From Syntrophorhabdaceae bacterium (GTDB taxonomy: Bacteria > Desulfobacterota > Syntrophorhabdia > Syntrophorhabdales > Syntrophorhabdaceae), in NCBI GenBank assembly GCA_963666485.2, contig CAXXUO010000002.1:96001-160000 (forward strand): DNA of 64,000 bases, read 5' to 3'. Each line of letters starts with the position of its first letter. The first letter of the stretch is position 1. A program made the translations under genes and the position numbers. This document shows, piece by piece, positions 22,366 to 30,916 of the stretch. A model generated the notes under the pieces. It saw only the letters and a program-made list of their open reading frames with translations, did not search any database and was not told the origin of the DNA.

Positions 22366-23181
22366 ATGAAAATGAGAAAGGCGCTATGTATGATGTTCTT
22401 CCTGCTGTTTATGCTTTCTGCGGGATGGGTGCACGGGCAGACAACCGCCGCACCGGTTCAAAAAACGCCGGGGGACCAATGGAAATTCACCATAGCGCCC
22501 TTTCTGTGGGCGAGCTCGATCAACAGCACGGTCACGGTGGGCGGGTATGATGTCGACACGAGGACGTCTTTTTCCGATATCTGGCGCGACCTGAACGGGG
22601 CCTTCATGATCCACATGGAGGCGCAGAAGGAGAACTTCGGGCTCTTTCTCGAGCCCATGTATTCGAGGATACGGGCCGATTCCACCTTCAACCGCCAGCG
22701 CGATCCGAACCTCCCGGCCATCCCGCGAGACCTTACCCTGACGTATACTCAGTGGATCGTGGAAGGCGGCGGGTTCTACCAGGCAGGCAAATGGCGAACC
22801 GGGGAAAACAACGATGAATGGACGACGCTTGACATTCTCGCCGGTGCCCGCTACTGGTCGGTCAAGACAGACCTTGATACAAGCACGGTGATAAACCCCG
22901 GCAGGTCGAGTTCGTGGGTAGACCCCATTGTCGGTGTCCGTTTTACCGCCGACCTGTCGAAAAAGGTCCTCGTGAATCTGAGAGGCGATATTGGCGGATT
23001 TGGAGTGGGATCTGATTTTACCTGGAATGCACTGGCCCTTTTTGGCTATCGATTTAACGAGCATATCACGGGGCTCATCGGTTATCGGGCCCTTTACGTC
23101 AATTATAAGGCCGGGACAAGCCGGGAAAGGTTCGAAGAAACATTTTATGGACCTGTCCTGGGACTGGCGTTCAGTTTCTGA
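22366..23181 (+). CDS. Outer-membrane beta-barrel protein
   Basis: Signal peptide, WKFTIAPFLW, WVDPIVG, GDIGGFGVGS, C-terminal GPVLGLAFSF. Confidence 0.8.
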   Translation: MKMRKALCMMFFLLFMLSAGWVHGQTTAAPVQKTPGDQWKFTIAPFLWASSINSTVTVGGYDVDTRTSFSDIWRDLNGAFMIHMEAQKENFGLFLEPMYSRIRADSTFNRQRDPNLPAIPRDLTLTYTQWIVEGGGFYQAGKWRTGENNDEWTTLDILAGARYWSVKTDLDTSTVINPGRSSSWVDPIVGVRFTADLSKKVLVNLRGDIGGFGVGSDFTWNALALFGYRFNEHITGLIGYRALYVNYKAGTSRERFEETFYGPVLGLAFSF

Positions 23182-23220
23182 TGATCCGGCCGGTCGTGAG
23201 AATATTCAAGGAGGAATAAC

Positions 23221-24489
23221 ATGTTCTGCAGGAAAATGATCGCTTTCGCCGGTATCACAGTGCTCCTCGTTCTCTGCTCCGTCTTCTTCAATGCCGAGGT
23301 CTCCTCGCAGGAACTGCGTACTCCGCCCTTTACATTGAAGGCATCGGAAATCCTTCCACAAGGACTCATCCGGGGCGAAAATTATACCGTTAAAGAAACA
23401 GTCAGCAATGACGGGCTGATCAATACATACGAACTCGAGACGAAATACGGCCCGACCACCGTGGAAAGTACGGTGTCCCTCCTCAAAAGGATCAACGAAC
23501 TGAAAGCGCTTGACGCCATGGAAAAAATGCAGGGGACCGACACCTTTGTAAAAGCGGCCCAGGATGCTGCCACCGGACCATTGGCGACGGCACGGGACCT
23601 GGTCGTGAACCCTGTCGGCACTGTCAAGAATATCGGCAGCGGCATCAGCCGTTTTTTCAGCAACGTCGGGCAGGCGATATCCAGCAATAGCCCGGACCAG
23701 CCCAACATAGCCAAGGCGGCCCTTGGCCAGGCGGTGAACAAGAGGGGCTTTGCCTATGAATTCAAGGTCGACCCCTATTCAAGTTATAAACCGCTCCAGG
23801 ACACGCTTGACAAGATAGCCTGGACAGCGACCGCCGGCAGCCTCACCGTCAAGGCGGCCTTCTCGGCCATACCCGGGGGCGCCGGTACAGTCGTGTCGCT
23901 CACCAGTACGTCCGACAGCCTCCGTTCCCTGGTCCGCGACAATACCCCGGCCGCCCTTGAACAGATCAACAGGGACAAGCTTTCCGGAATGGGCATCCCG
24001 GACCGGGTGATCAACGCCTACATGAATAACAGGCATTACAACGCGTTCGAGCAGACGATCCTTGTGGGTGAACTGGACGACATGCGGGGCATAAAGGGCC
24101 GTGATGCCTTTATCTATGTCGCATCCATGGCAAACGAGGAAACGGTTGCCATTTATATGCGCGGCACTGCACAGCTCATGGCGCTATTCAATAAGCGTGT
24201 AGCACCCGTCGACCACATGGTCGAGATCAGCCGGCTCGTGTTCCTCAAAACAAAAAATGGCCGGATGGTCGGGATATTCCCCGTCGATAATGTTTCATGG
24301 ACCGCAAATCTTCTTCAGCGCGAAAGAGACATCTCGCAGGCGATGCGCAAGATGAGGGGTGTCCGCGGCAAAGAACTGTGGTTTGGGGGTCCCGTGGACC
24401 GTGCCGCCCGGGAGGCCCTTGAAGCAAGGGGATGGAAGGTCGTCGACCGCTTCCTGGAACGGGCTTTCAAAGAACTGGTAAAACAATAA
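23221..24489 (+). CDS. Secreted hypothetical protein
   Basis: GGAGG RBS, signal peptide, 422-aa ORF. Confidence 0.75.
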   Translation: MFCRKMIAFAGITVLLVLCSVFFNAEVSSQELRTPPFTLKASEILPQGLIRGENYTVKETVSNDGLINTYELETKYGPTTVESTVSLLKRINELKALDAMEKMQGTDTFVKAAQDAATGPLATARDLVVNPVGTVKNIGSGISRFFSNVGQAISSNSPDQPNIAKAALGQAVNKRGFAYEFKVDPYSSYKPLQDTLDKIAWTATAGSLTVKAAFSAIPGGAGTVVSLTSTSDSLRSLVRDNTPAALEQINRDKLSGMGIPDRVINAYMNNRHYNAFEQTILVGELDDMRGIKGRDAFIYVASMANEETVAIYMRGTAQLMALFNKRVAPVDHMVEISRLVFLKTKNGRMVGIFPVDNVSWTANLLQRERDISQAMRKMRGVRGKELWFGGPVDRAAREALEARGWKVVDRFLERAFKELVKQ

Positions 24490-24528
24490 CCAGGCTGCTG
24501 ATCCAGGGAAATATGGATAGGACGTATC

Positions 24529-24551
24529 TACGACCAAGGTCCCATAGACGA
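24529..24551 (+). promoter_or_regulatory. Putative operator copy 2
   Basis: TACGACCAAGGTCCCATAGACGA. Confidence 0.6.
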
Positions 24552-24671
24552 GATTTTTTCGTTCACCTAGACTTCTACGGAACATCGGCCGGTGCGGGTC
24601 GATCGATGAGTTAAGGATAGAGGCCCAAGGACAACTCCGATACGGGTCCTTAAACCAGGGAGGGAGAGCTC

Positions 24672-24974
24672 ATGATGAAACATGTGTGCATGAACGTGGT
24701 AGCTGTGATCGTATTTACCTTTGTCTTCACGGCAATTGCCGGGGCCCAGCAGTTTCCCCTGCTGGATGACGTGGCGAATAAGGTTGTCCAGAAATACCAG
24801 CAGTCCACCTGCCAGCAGTTGTGGCAGGAGAAGGCCTCGCAAAAAGCGAAATCCGAAAGGGAAGAAAGGCTCGTACAGCTGCTGCGGGACGACCCGGCGA
24901 TGCGCGCCGAATTCTTCAACAGGGTGTCCGTGCCCATCGCCACGAAAATGTTTGAATGCGGAATGATCCCATGA
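24672..24974 (+). CDS. Small secreted conserved hypothetical protein
   Basis: Signal peptide; KYQQSTCQQLW...KMFECGMIP with a Cys pair. Confidence 0.75.
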   Translation: MMKHVCMNVVAVIVFTFVFTAIAGAQQFPLLDDVANKVVQKYQQSTCQQLWQEKASQKAKSEREERLVQLLRDDPAMRAEFFNRVSVPIATKMFECGMIP

Positions 24975-25903
24975 TGCGGCTCCGCGGACCTCAAAAACAA
25001 CCTCATTATATCTCAGGTGTAGCATGGCGGCGGGGTTTGCTTTTCCTGCTGGTGCTGATTGTGCTTACCTTTGCATGCGCGGCACATGTTCATGCCGGGC
25101 AGCCGGGCAAATCAACTCAGGGTAAGAAAGCTGCAAAAAATCAGGTCGATGCGCCATCATCGCCGGCGAGGCTGGAGATAGAGCCGAAGGCGGTCGAAAT
25201 CGTCAAAGCAGCGTGCGAACGGCTGGCTACCGCCAAAACGGTGCGCTTTACGGCAATCGTCGAGTACGAGTACCCGAGCCTTCTCGGCCCCGCATTGGTC
25301 TACACGACGAGATCCGAGGTGGCCATGCAGCGGCCTGACAAGCTGCGGATAATCACGCCGGGGGACGGTCCTGCCACCGAATTCTACTATGACGGCAAGG
25401 CAATTTCCGCCCTGTCACCCGCGGAAAAGATGATCGCCGTGGCCGAGGCCCCTCCCACAATAGACGCCGCGCTGCAGGCCGCTTACGACCTGGCTTCGAT
25501 CTACTTTCCTTTCACCGACATCCTTGTTGCCGACCCGTACAAGGACCTTTCGGAAGGCCTGAGGATCGCGTTTTATATCGGGCAGTCCCGTGTGGTTGGC
25601 GGCGTGACGACCGATATGGTGGCCCTGGCGAACGATGCCGTCTTCCTTCAAATCTGGATAGGAGCGGAAGACAGGCTGCCGCGCATGGTCCGCGCGGTCT
25701 ACCGTGATGATCCGTCCCGGCTGCGGCACGGGCTCACGTTGTCAAACTGGAAACTCGATGACACCCTTCCGGCAGACACATTCACCCCGTCTGTGCCGGC
25801 GGATGCCATTTCCGTGTCTTTTGCCCGGCCTGATCCTCAACTCCCTCCCGCTCCTACCCCTGCCAGATTCAAGGAAAAGCCCAAAGCCACACCGGGAAAG
25901 TAA
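24971..25903 (+). CDS. DUF2092-family periplasmic protein
   Basis: MQRPDKLRI, FYYDGK, LQIWIGAEDRLPR, LSNWKLD. Confidence 0.75.
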   Translation: MMRLRGPQKQPHYISGVAWRRGLLFLLVLIVLTFACAAHVHAGQPGKSTQGKKAAKNQVDAPSSPARLEIEPKAVEIVKAACERLATAKTVRFTAIVEYEYPSLLGPALVYTTRSEVAMQRPDKLRIITPGDGPATEFYYDGKAISALSPAEKMIAVAEAPPTIDAALQAAYDLASIYFPFTDILVADPYKDLSEGLRIAFYIGQSRVVGGVTTDMVALANDAVFLQIWIGAEDRLPRMVRAVYRDDPSRLRHGLTLSNWKLDDTLPADTFTPSVPADAISVSFARPDPQLPPAPTPARFKEKPKATPGK

Positions 25904-26195
25904 GGAGATACCAGATGAATATCAAAAAAGCGGTCAACCAATGTATCCCGGTTATCGCCATTTTTTTGGTACCGCTCTTCGCGTGCGGGCAGGCGTTTGC
26001 CTTCGCACATGCTAACATCTATGGCGGCCGGACGGCCGGAACAAGCAGTTCATGGAGTCATACCGGGCGTTACGGCGGTACAGCATCGGGCGGCGGGGGT
26101 TCATGGAGCGGTACCGGGGCGCGCGGCGGTACGGCCTCGGGCGGAGGCGGCTCGTGGAGTGCAAAGGGTGAGTACGGGGGGCACGCATCCGGCAG

Positions 26196-27554
26196 GATAG
26201 TGTCAAGAATCTTTCGCACTTTCCATAGCAACCCCACTAATCCGGTTATGCCTTAATGCTCTCGATGATCTCCTGCTCAAGCCGGTCCATTTTCAGGTAC
26301 TGGCTCATTCCCCATTTGGTTCCCGCTATGTGCCTTAGCCGGGCAGCCACGAGCATGAGTGCCGACCTGCCGTCAGGGAACGACCCGACGACCCGTGTGC
26401 GCCGTCTGATCTCCTTCATGATCCGCTCCAGGGGGTTGTTGGTCCTGATCCTCCTCCAGTGCTCGCGGGGGAACCCGTAATAGCCGAGCGTCTCGTGGAT
26501 CCCCTCGTTCAGCATGTCCGCGGCCCTGCCGAGTTTCATCTCCTTGAGCTTCTTCACCACCGCCTCCGCTTTCTTCTGCGCTTCTTTCCTGTCCTCCTGG
26601 GCATGGATCGCCGTGAGCATGGCGACGACCTCCTTGATCTTCCCCCTGGGCACGACGGTGAACACGTTCCGGTAGAAGTGGACAACGCACCTCTGCCATG
26701 AGGCGTCGGGGTAGAACAGGGCGAGACTCTCGACGAGGCCCAGGCACTTGTCGGATATGAAGAGCTCCACACCCTTGAGCCCGCGCTCTTTGAGGTAGCG
26801 CAGGAAGGATGTCCAGCTGTCCTTGTCCTCCCGCGCACCCTCGGCCACACCCAGGATCTCCCGGTAGCCTTCGCGGTTCACCCCTATCGCTACAAGGACC
26901 GATACGCTCCTGACCTCCCCGCCCCAGGTCCTCTTGAGCGCTATCCCGTCGAGGTAGACGTAGGGATGCTCACCTTCGATGGGGCTTAATCTCCACTGCT
27001 CGATCGTGGTGTATATCTTTGCGTTGAGGTTCGAGACGGTGCCGGGGCTCACCTTCGTGCCCCAGAGGGCCTCCGTGATGTCCTCGACCCTCCTTACCGA
27101 CACCCCGGCCAGGTACATCTCGACGAGGGCCTCTTCCACGGATGATTCCCTTCTTTTGTACCGTTCGATGATCGCGGTCTCGAAGGGAAGCGACCTCAGC
27201 TTGGGCATCTTGATGTCCACCTCCCCCGCCTTCGTCTGGAGGGTTCGGGTATAATGGCCCGCCCGTGTGTCCCTGCGTTCCTCCGTGCGCTCGTACCTCT
27301 GTGCGTTGCACAGGCGGGACGCCTCTTCATCGAGAAGTGCATTGAGCGTCTCCTGCACCGTTCCCCTTACGATCTCTCCCAGGTGGTCCTTTATCTGCGC
27401 CTCATTAATCTGGATTATCGTGCCGCCTTCTGTGGTAGACTCTTTCTGGGCCATGGTTCTTCCTCCCTCTGGTTTTTGTTTTGTGTGGTGCTTAACACTA
27501 CCAGATTCGAGGTTGCCATGGCTCTTAAATGTGCGAAAAATATTTTACGTTATC
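26196..27554 (-). mobile_element. IS256-family insertion sequence, 1359 bp
   Basis: Imperfect 28-bp terminal inverted repeats (GATAGTGTCAAGAATCTTTCGCACTTTC / GATAACGTAAAATATTTTTCGCACATTT); 8-bp duplication TCCGGCAG at 26188-26195 and 27555-27562. Confidence 0.95.
26246..27454 (-). CDS. IS256 transposase
   Basis: EMYLAGVSVRRV, YVYLDG, WQRCVVHFYRN, RTNNPLERIMKEIRRRT. Confidence 0.97.
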   Translation of the reverse strand: MAQKESTTEGGTIIQINEAQIKDHLGEIVRGTVQETLNALLDEEASRLCNAQRYERTEERRDTRAGHYTRTLQTKAGEVDIKMPKLRSLPFETAIIERYKRRESSVEEALVEMYLAGVSVRRVEDITEALWGTKVSPGTVSNLNAKIYTTIEQWRLSPIEGEHPYVYLDGIALKRTWGGEVRSVSVLVAIGVNREGYREILGVAEGAREDKDSWTSFLRYLKERGLKGVELFISDKCLGLVESLALFYPDASWQRCVVHFYRNVFTVVPRGKIKEVVAMLTAIHAQEDRKEAQKKAEAVVKKLKEMKLGRAADMLNEGIHETLGYYGFPREHWRRIRTNNPLERIMKEIRRRTRVVGSFPDGRSALMLVAARLRHIAGTKWGMSQYLKMDRLEQEIIESIKA

Positions 27555-28289
27555 TCCGGCAGCGGCGGATCGTCGAGCGGGACATCTGCCTATGGAGGCA
27601 GTTACTCGCACACAACGGGACAAGGGACAACTGCTGCAAACCGTTATGGCACGACTGCCACCCATACCTACGGTTCGGGCTCAACCACTGCCACAACTCA
27701 GTCGGGCGCGACTGCGACGCATTACTACGGCGCCGGGACAGTTGCAACGAGTCCGACCGGCGCGACGGCTTACCGCCCGCCCGTTCCGCCACCGACCCCT
27801 TACTATGGCGCAGCCTATCCGGCGTCCTATCATCCGCCTGTTGTCGTCAATACCTATGGCAACGGGTGCTACAATTGTGGAGGCTGGTCACCGGCCGGTG
27901 CAGTTGCTGCAGGAGCAGTAGTCGGCGTGGCCGTAGGTGCGGCTCACGCATCCTCGAACACGGCCGACGCAACAACCAGCGCCTATAATGCGGGAGTTGC
28001 AGCAGGCAGCGCGAACACTGCTGCCGCGACAACGAAAGCCTACAACGCGGGTGTCGCGGCAGGCACGGCGACAAACTATGCGGCGGGGGCTATTTATCCC
28101 ACGCTGCCGGCAGGCGCCACTCCGATCAAAAAGAATGGGACAACCTACTACCTCAGCGGCAACACGTGGTTCCAGCCTTCCTATGGGGCAAACGGGGTTT
28201 ATTACCGCGTGGTACCGACGCCTTAAAAAGATAGAGAAAACTGATCCACTGCTTAGCTAAACGGAGAACGGAATATGCGATAAACCTAG

Positions 28290-28330
28290 CGAATCCAAAG
28301 GTCAGAGGCCCGATCCCTCCCGGGCGCGCA
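28290..28330 (+). repeat. Degenerate tRNA-Arg 3' fragment, att-like copy 5
   Basis: CGAATCCAAAGGTCAGAGGCCCGATCCCTCCCGGGCGCGCA. Confidence 0.85.
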
Positions 28331-28345
28331 TTTAATATAAAGGAA

Positions 28346-29572
28346 TTATTCATATCGCAATGCATCGATCGGCTCTTGTCGTGAGGCCTTTAATGCCGGA
28401 TACAATCCGAATATGGCTCCCGTTGCGCCTGCAAAGCCAAATCCGACAACTATATCCGAGATATGCGTGACAACATGCATATCATATAATTTGGATATTG
28501 CCGCACAGCCCACCACTCCATAAAAGATTCCCATCATGCCGCCCGTCATGGAAAGCACAGCCGCTTCCATTAAGAATTGAATACAAATATTTGCCGGGGT
28601 AGCCCCGGCGGCCATTCTTATGCCTATTTCCCGCGTCCTTTCCGTTACCGAAACCAGCATAATATTCATAATACCGATTCCACCAACCAAGAGTGCTATT
28701 CCGGCTATGAAACCGAATATCATTTTCAAGGAATAACTCATATAATCCATGATACGTAGGACATTGGCCAGATTCCGGACATCGAAATCCTTTTCACGCT
28801 TGTATGTTTTGTGCCGCTGACGCAAGAGATTGTTGATTTCTTTTTCGGCAGAATCCATTATCTCGTGCCCTTTTGCTTTGACCATAACCCAGTGCACCAT
28901 ACCGGGAAAGCTATTGCCCAATAATTTTTTCTGAGCCGTTGTTATGGGAACATAGATCATATCATCCTGGTCCTGGGCTGTTAACGATTGACCCTTTTTA
29001 AACAGCACGCCCTTAACTTCGAAAGGGACCCTGTTGATCCGAATTATCTTATTAACAGGATACGTTCCGGGAAATAGTTTTCGTGCAACCGTGTTTCCTA
29101 TGACGCATACTTTGTTTGAATTCCGTACATCTTCGGATGTAAATGGCAAGCCGATCTCTAATTTCAAATCCTGTATGTTAAAGATTCCAACATCCGAACC
29201 GGTAACGGATGTTGTCCAATTTACATTACCAAATACAACCTGGGCCGCACCTCCCATCATGGGGGTAGAATCCGCTACTGCGGGACATTCTTTTTTTATG
29301 GCCTCGGCATCTCCCAGTGTAAGCGTGGGCTGCGTCCCCATTGCCATTTTAGCGCCCCGAGACGATGAATTGCCCGATATAACAATAAGAATATTACTCC
29401 CCAGGCTGGAGAATTCGGCCCGTATCATCTGTCCCACATAATTCCCGAATGAGAGCATCAGAACAATTGAAAATACCCCGATGACAATACCGGTCATAGT
29501 CAGACTCGAACGCATTTTATTAGCGAACAATGATTTGACCGCCGTCCGGAATATCCAAAGATAATTATTCAA
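28346..29572 (-). CDS. MacB/FtsX-type ABC permease
   Basis: NKMRSSLTMTGIVIG, VGGIGIMNIMLVSVTERTREIGIR, PIDALRYE; probable TTG start at 29572. Confidence 0.93.
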   Translation of the reverse strand: MNNYLWIFRTAVKSLFANKMRSSLTMTGIVIGVFSIVLMLSFGNYVGQMIRAEFSSLGSNILIVISGNSSSRGAKMAMGTQPTLTLGDAEAIKKECPAVADSTPMMGGAAQVVFGNVNWTTSVTGSDVGIFNIQDLKLEIGLPFTSEDVRNSNKVCVIGNTVARKLFPGTYPVNKIIRINRVPFEVKGVLFKKGQSLTAQDQDDMIYVPITTAQKKLLGNSFPGMVHWVMVKAKGHEIMDSAEKEINNLLRQRHKTYKREKDFDVRNLANVLRIMDYMSYSLKMIFGFIAGIALLVGGIGIMNIMLVSVTERTREIGIRMAAGATPANICIQFLMEAAVLSMTGGMMGIFYGVVGCAAISKLYDMHVVTHISDIVVGFGFAGATGAIFGLYPALKASRQEPIDALRYE

Positions 29573-29573
29573 A

Positions 29574-30290
29574 TCACATCCCGTAAACGACTTGTTTCTT
29601 CCGAGATTCAAGGATCTTGTCAAACACGATTGCGCCGTCCAGAAATCGTATTAACCGCTTGCTATATCCGGCAACACTTTCATCATGGGTTACCAGTATT
29701 ATGGTCGTTCCCGACTCCTCGTTGAGACGCGTGAATATATCCATTATTTCCCGGCTGGTCTTTGTATCAAGATTACCTGTTGGCTCATCGGCAAGCAGAA
29801 TAGGGTTGCCGGCTGCTATTGCCCGTGCAATAGCGACACGTTGCTGCTGGCCAATAGACAATTGGTTAGGATGGGCAGTTTCCCGCCTGTCAAGGCCCAC
29901 AGCCTCAAGGGCTATCCGGGCTTTTTCCCGCCGCTCGGCAGCGGGAACACCCCGATAAAAAAGAGGCATCCCGACATTATCCAGCGCAGAGGTGCGCGGC
30001 AAGAGGTTAAAACCCTGAAATACAAAGGAAATTTGCCGGTTGCGAATATTGGCCCTTTCGGTTCTGCTCAGGTGGCTGAATTCTTTCCCTGAGAGATAGT
30101 ATTGGCCTCCCGTAGGAGAATCAAGAAAGCCGATGATGTTAAGCAACGTAGTTTTGCCTGATCCCGATGGACCCATAATGGAAATAAACTCCGATCTCCC
30201 GATAGATAAAGAAACATTATCCAGAGCTCGCAATTGCACATCTTCGTTTATTTGATATATCTTGGTTATATTTCTGATTTCTATAAACAT
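29574..30290 (-). CDS. ABC transporter ATP-binding subunit (MacB/LolD-like)
   Basis: GPSGSGKTT, LSIGQQQRVAIARA, LADEPTGNLD. Confidence 0.95.
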   Translation of the reverse strand: MFIEIRNITKIYQINEDVQLRALDNVSLSIGRSEFISIMGPSGSGKTTLLNIIGFLDSPTGGQYYLSGKEFSHLSRTERANIRNRQISFVFQGFNLLPRTSALDNVGMPLFYRGVPAAERREKARIALEAVGLDRRETAHPNQLSIGQQQRVAIARAIAAGNPILLADEPTGNLDTKTSREIMDIFTRLNEESGTTIILVTHDESVAGYSKRLIRFLDGAIVFDKILESRKKQVVYGM

Positions 30291-30297
30291 ATCTCGA

Positions 30298-30450
30298 TCA
30301 CCAGCCCCCTAAAGGCAAAGTTGGGTCAGTGAGCGGATTATAAACGGCAAGAACTGGCACCGCAGCGGGCCAGAGCGAAAAAACAAGGCCCATTGTGCAT
30401 CCGATGATCAGAACTGCTCCAACTAATATCAAGATAGTAGACAATCTCAT
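30298..30450 (-). CDS. Small hydrophobic peptide C (50 aa)
   Basis: MRLSTILILVGAVLIIGCTMGLVF..., first 24 aa nearly identical to 30519-30710. Confidence 0.7.
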   Translation of the reverse strand: MRLSTILILVGAVLIIGCTMGLVFSLWPAAVPVLAVYNPLTDPTLPLGGW

Positions 30451-30518
30451 TTTAATTTCTTTAATGAATTCATCACGGAATATGTCAAGAACAATCCCCA
30501 AATTGTAATGGCGCTGAC

Positions 30519-30710
30519 TCAATCAGAAGGAAAAGGGACATCAGTCTGCTGCACAATCGCACCATTACTGAGCTGTAGCGCTGGATGAAATTGGCCGATC
30601 TGAGCGGCGATAACCGGCGCGGAGGCAGGTGATAATGTAAAAACAAGACCCATCGTGCATCCGATGATCAGGACTGCTCCAACTATTATCAGGATAGTCG
30701 ATAATCTCAT
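30519..30710 (-). CDS. Small hydrophobic peptide B (63 aa)
   Basis: GGAGA RBS; MRLSTILIIVGAVLIIGCTMGLVF... Confidence 0.75.
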   Translation of the reverse strand: MRLSTILIIVGAVLIIGCTMGLVFTLSPASAPVIAAQIGQFHPALQLSNGAIVQQTDVPFPSD

Positions 30711-30719
30711 AAATATCTC

Positions 30720-30890
30720 CTATCCACCAATGATCGGGTCCCATTCGGGATACCAGTACCGTAACACCACGCCTGAAACTACCGCTGCCACACCCACGAC
30801 AATTCCTACCACCAACAGGATTACTAAAATTGAGCCTTTATCCCGGTACAGCGGTGCCAACAGATGGTTCTTTATTTTTGTCAAACTCAT
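30720..30890 (-). CDS. Small hydrophobic peptide A (56 aa)
   Basis: GAGGAGG RBS; RDKG followed by a ~22-aa hydrophobic helix, then RYWYPEWDPIIGG. Confidence 0.75.
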   Translation of the reverse strand: MSLTKIKNHLLAPLYRDKGSILVILLVVGIVVGVAAVVSGVVLRYWYPEWDPIIGG

Positions 30891-30916
30891 AGCCAACCTC
30901 CTCGTATTCAAGTATT

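Larger units (their letters stand above)
25915..28226 (+). pseudogene. Secreted Gly/Ser/Thr-rich protein interrupted by IS256
   Basis: 25915-26195 plus 27563-28226 rejoin in frame (GGHASG|SGGSS) to give 314 aa. Confidence 0.85.

Noticed and set aside
27267..28226. Independent 319-aa ORF
   Set aside because: Its N-terminus is antisense IS256 sequence; only the part after 27555 is the real interrupted gene.
1733..28330. Classical integron with attC sites
   Set aside because: No intI gene; the delimiters are tRNA-derived rather than RYYYAAC...GTTRRRY hairpins; segments are multi-gene and bidirectional.
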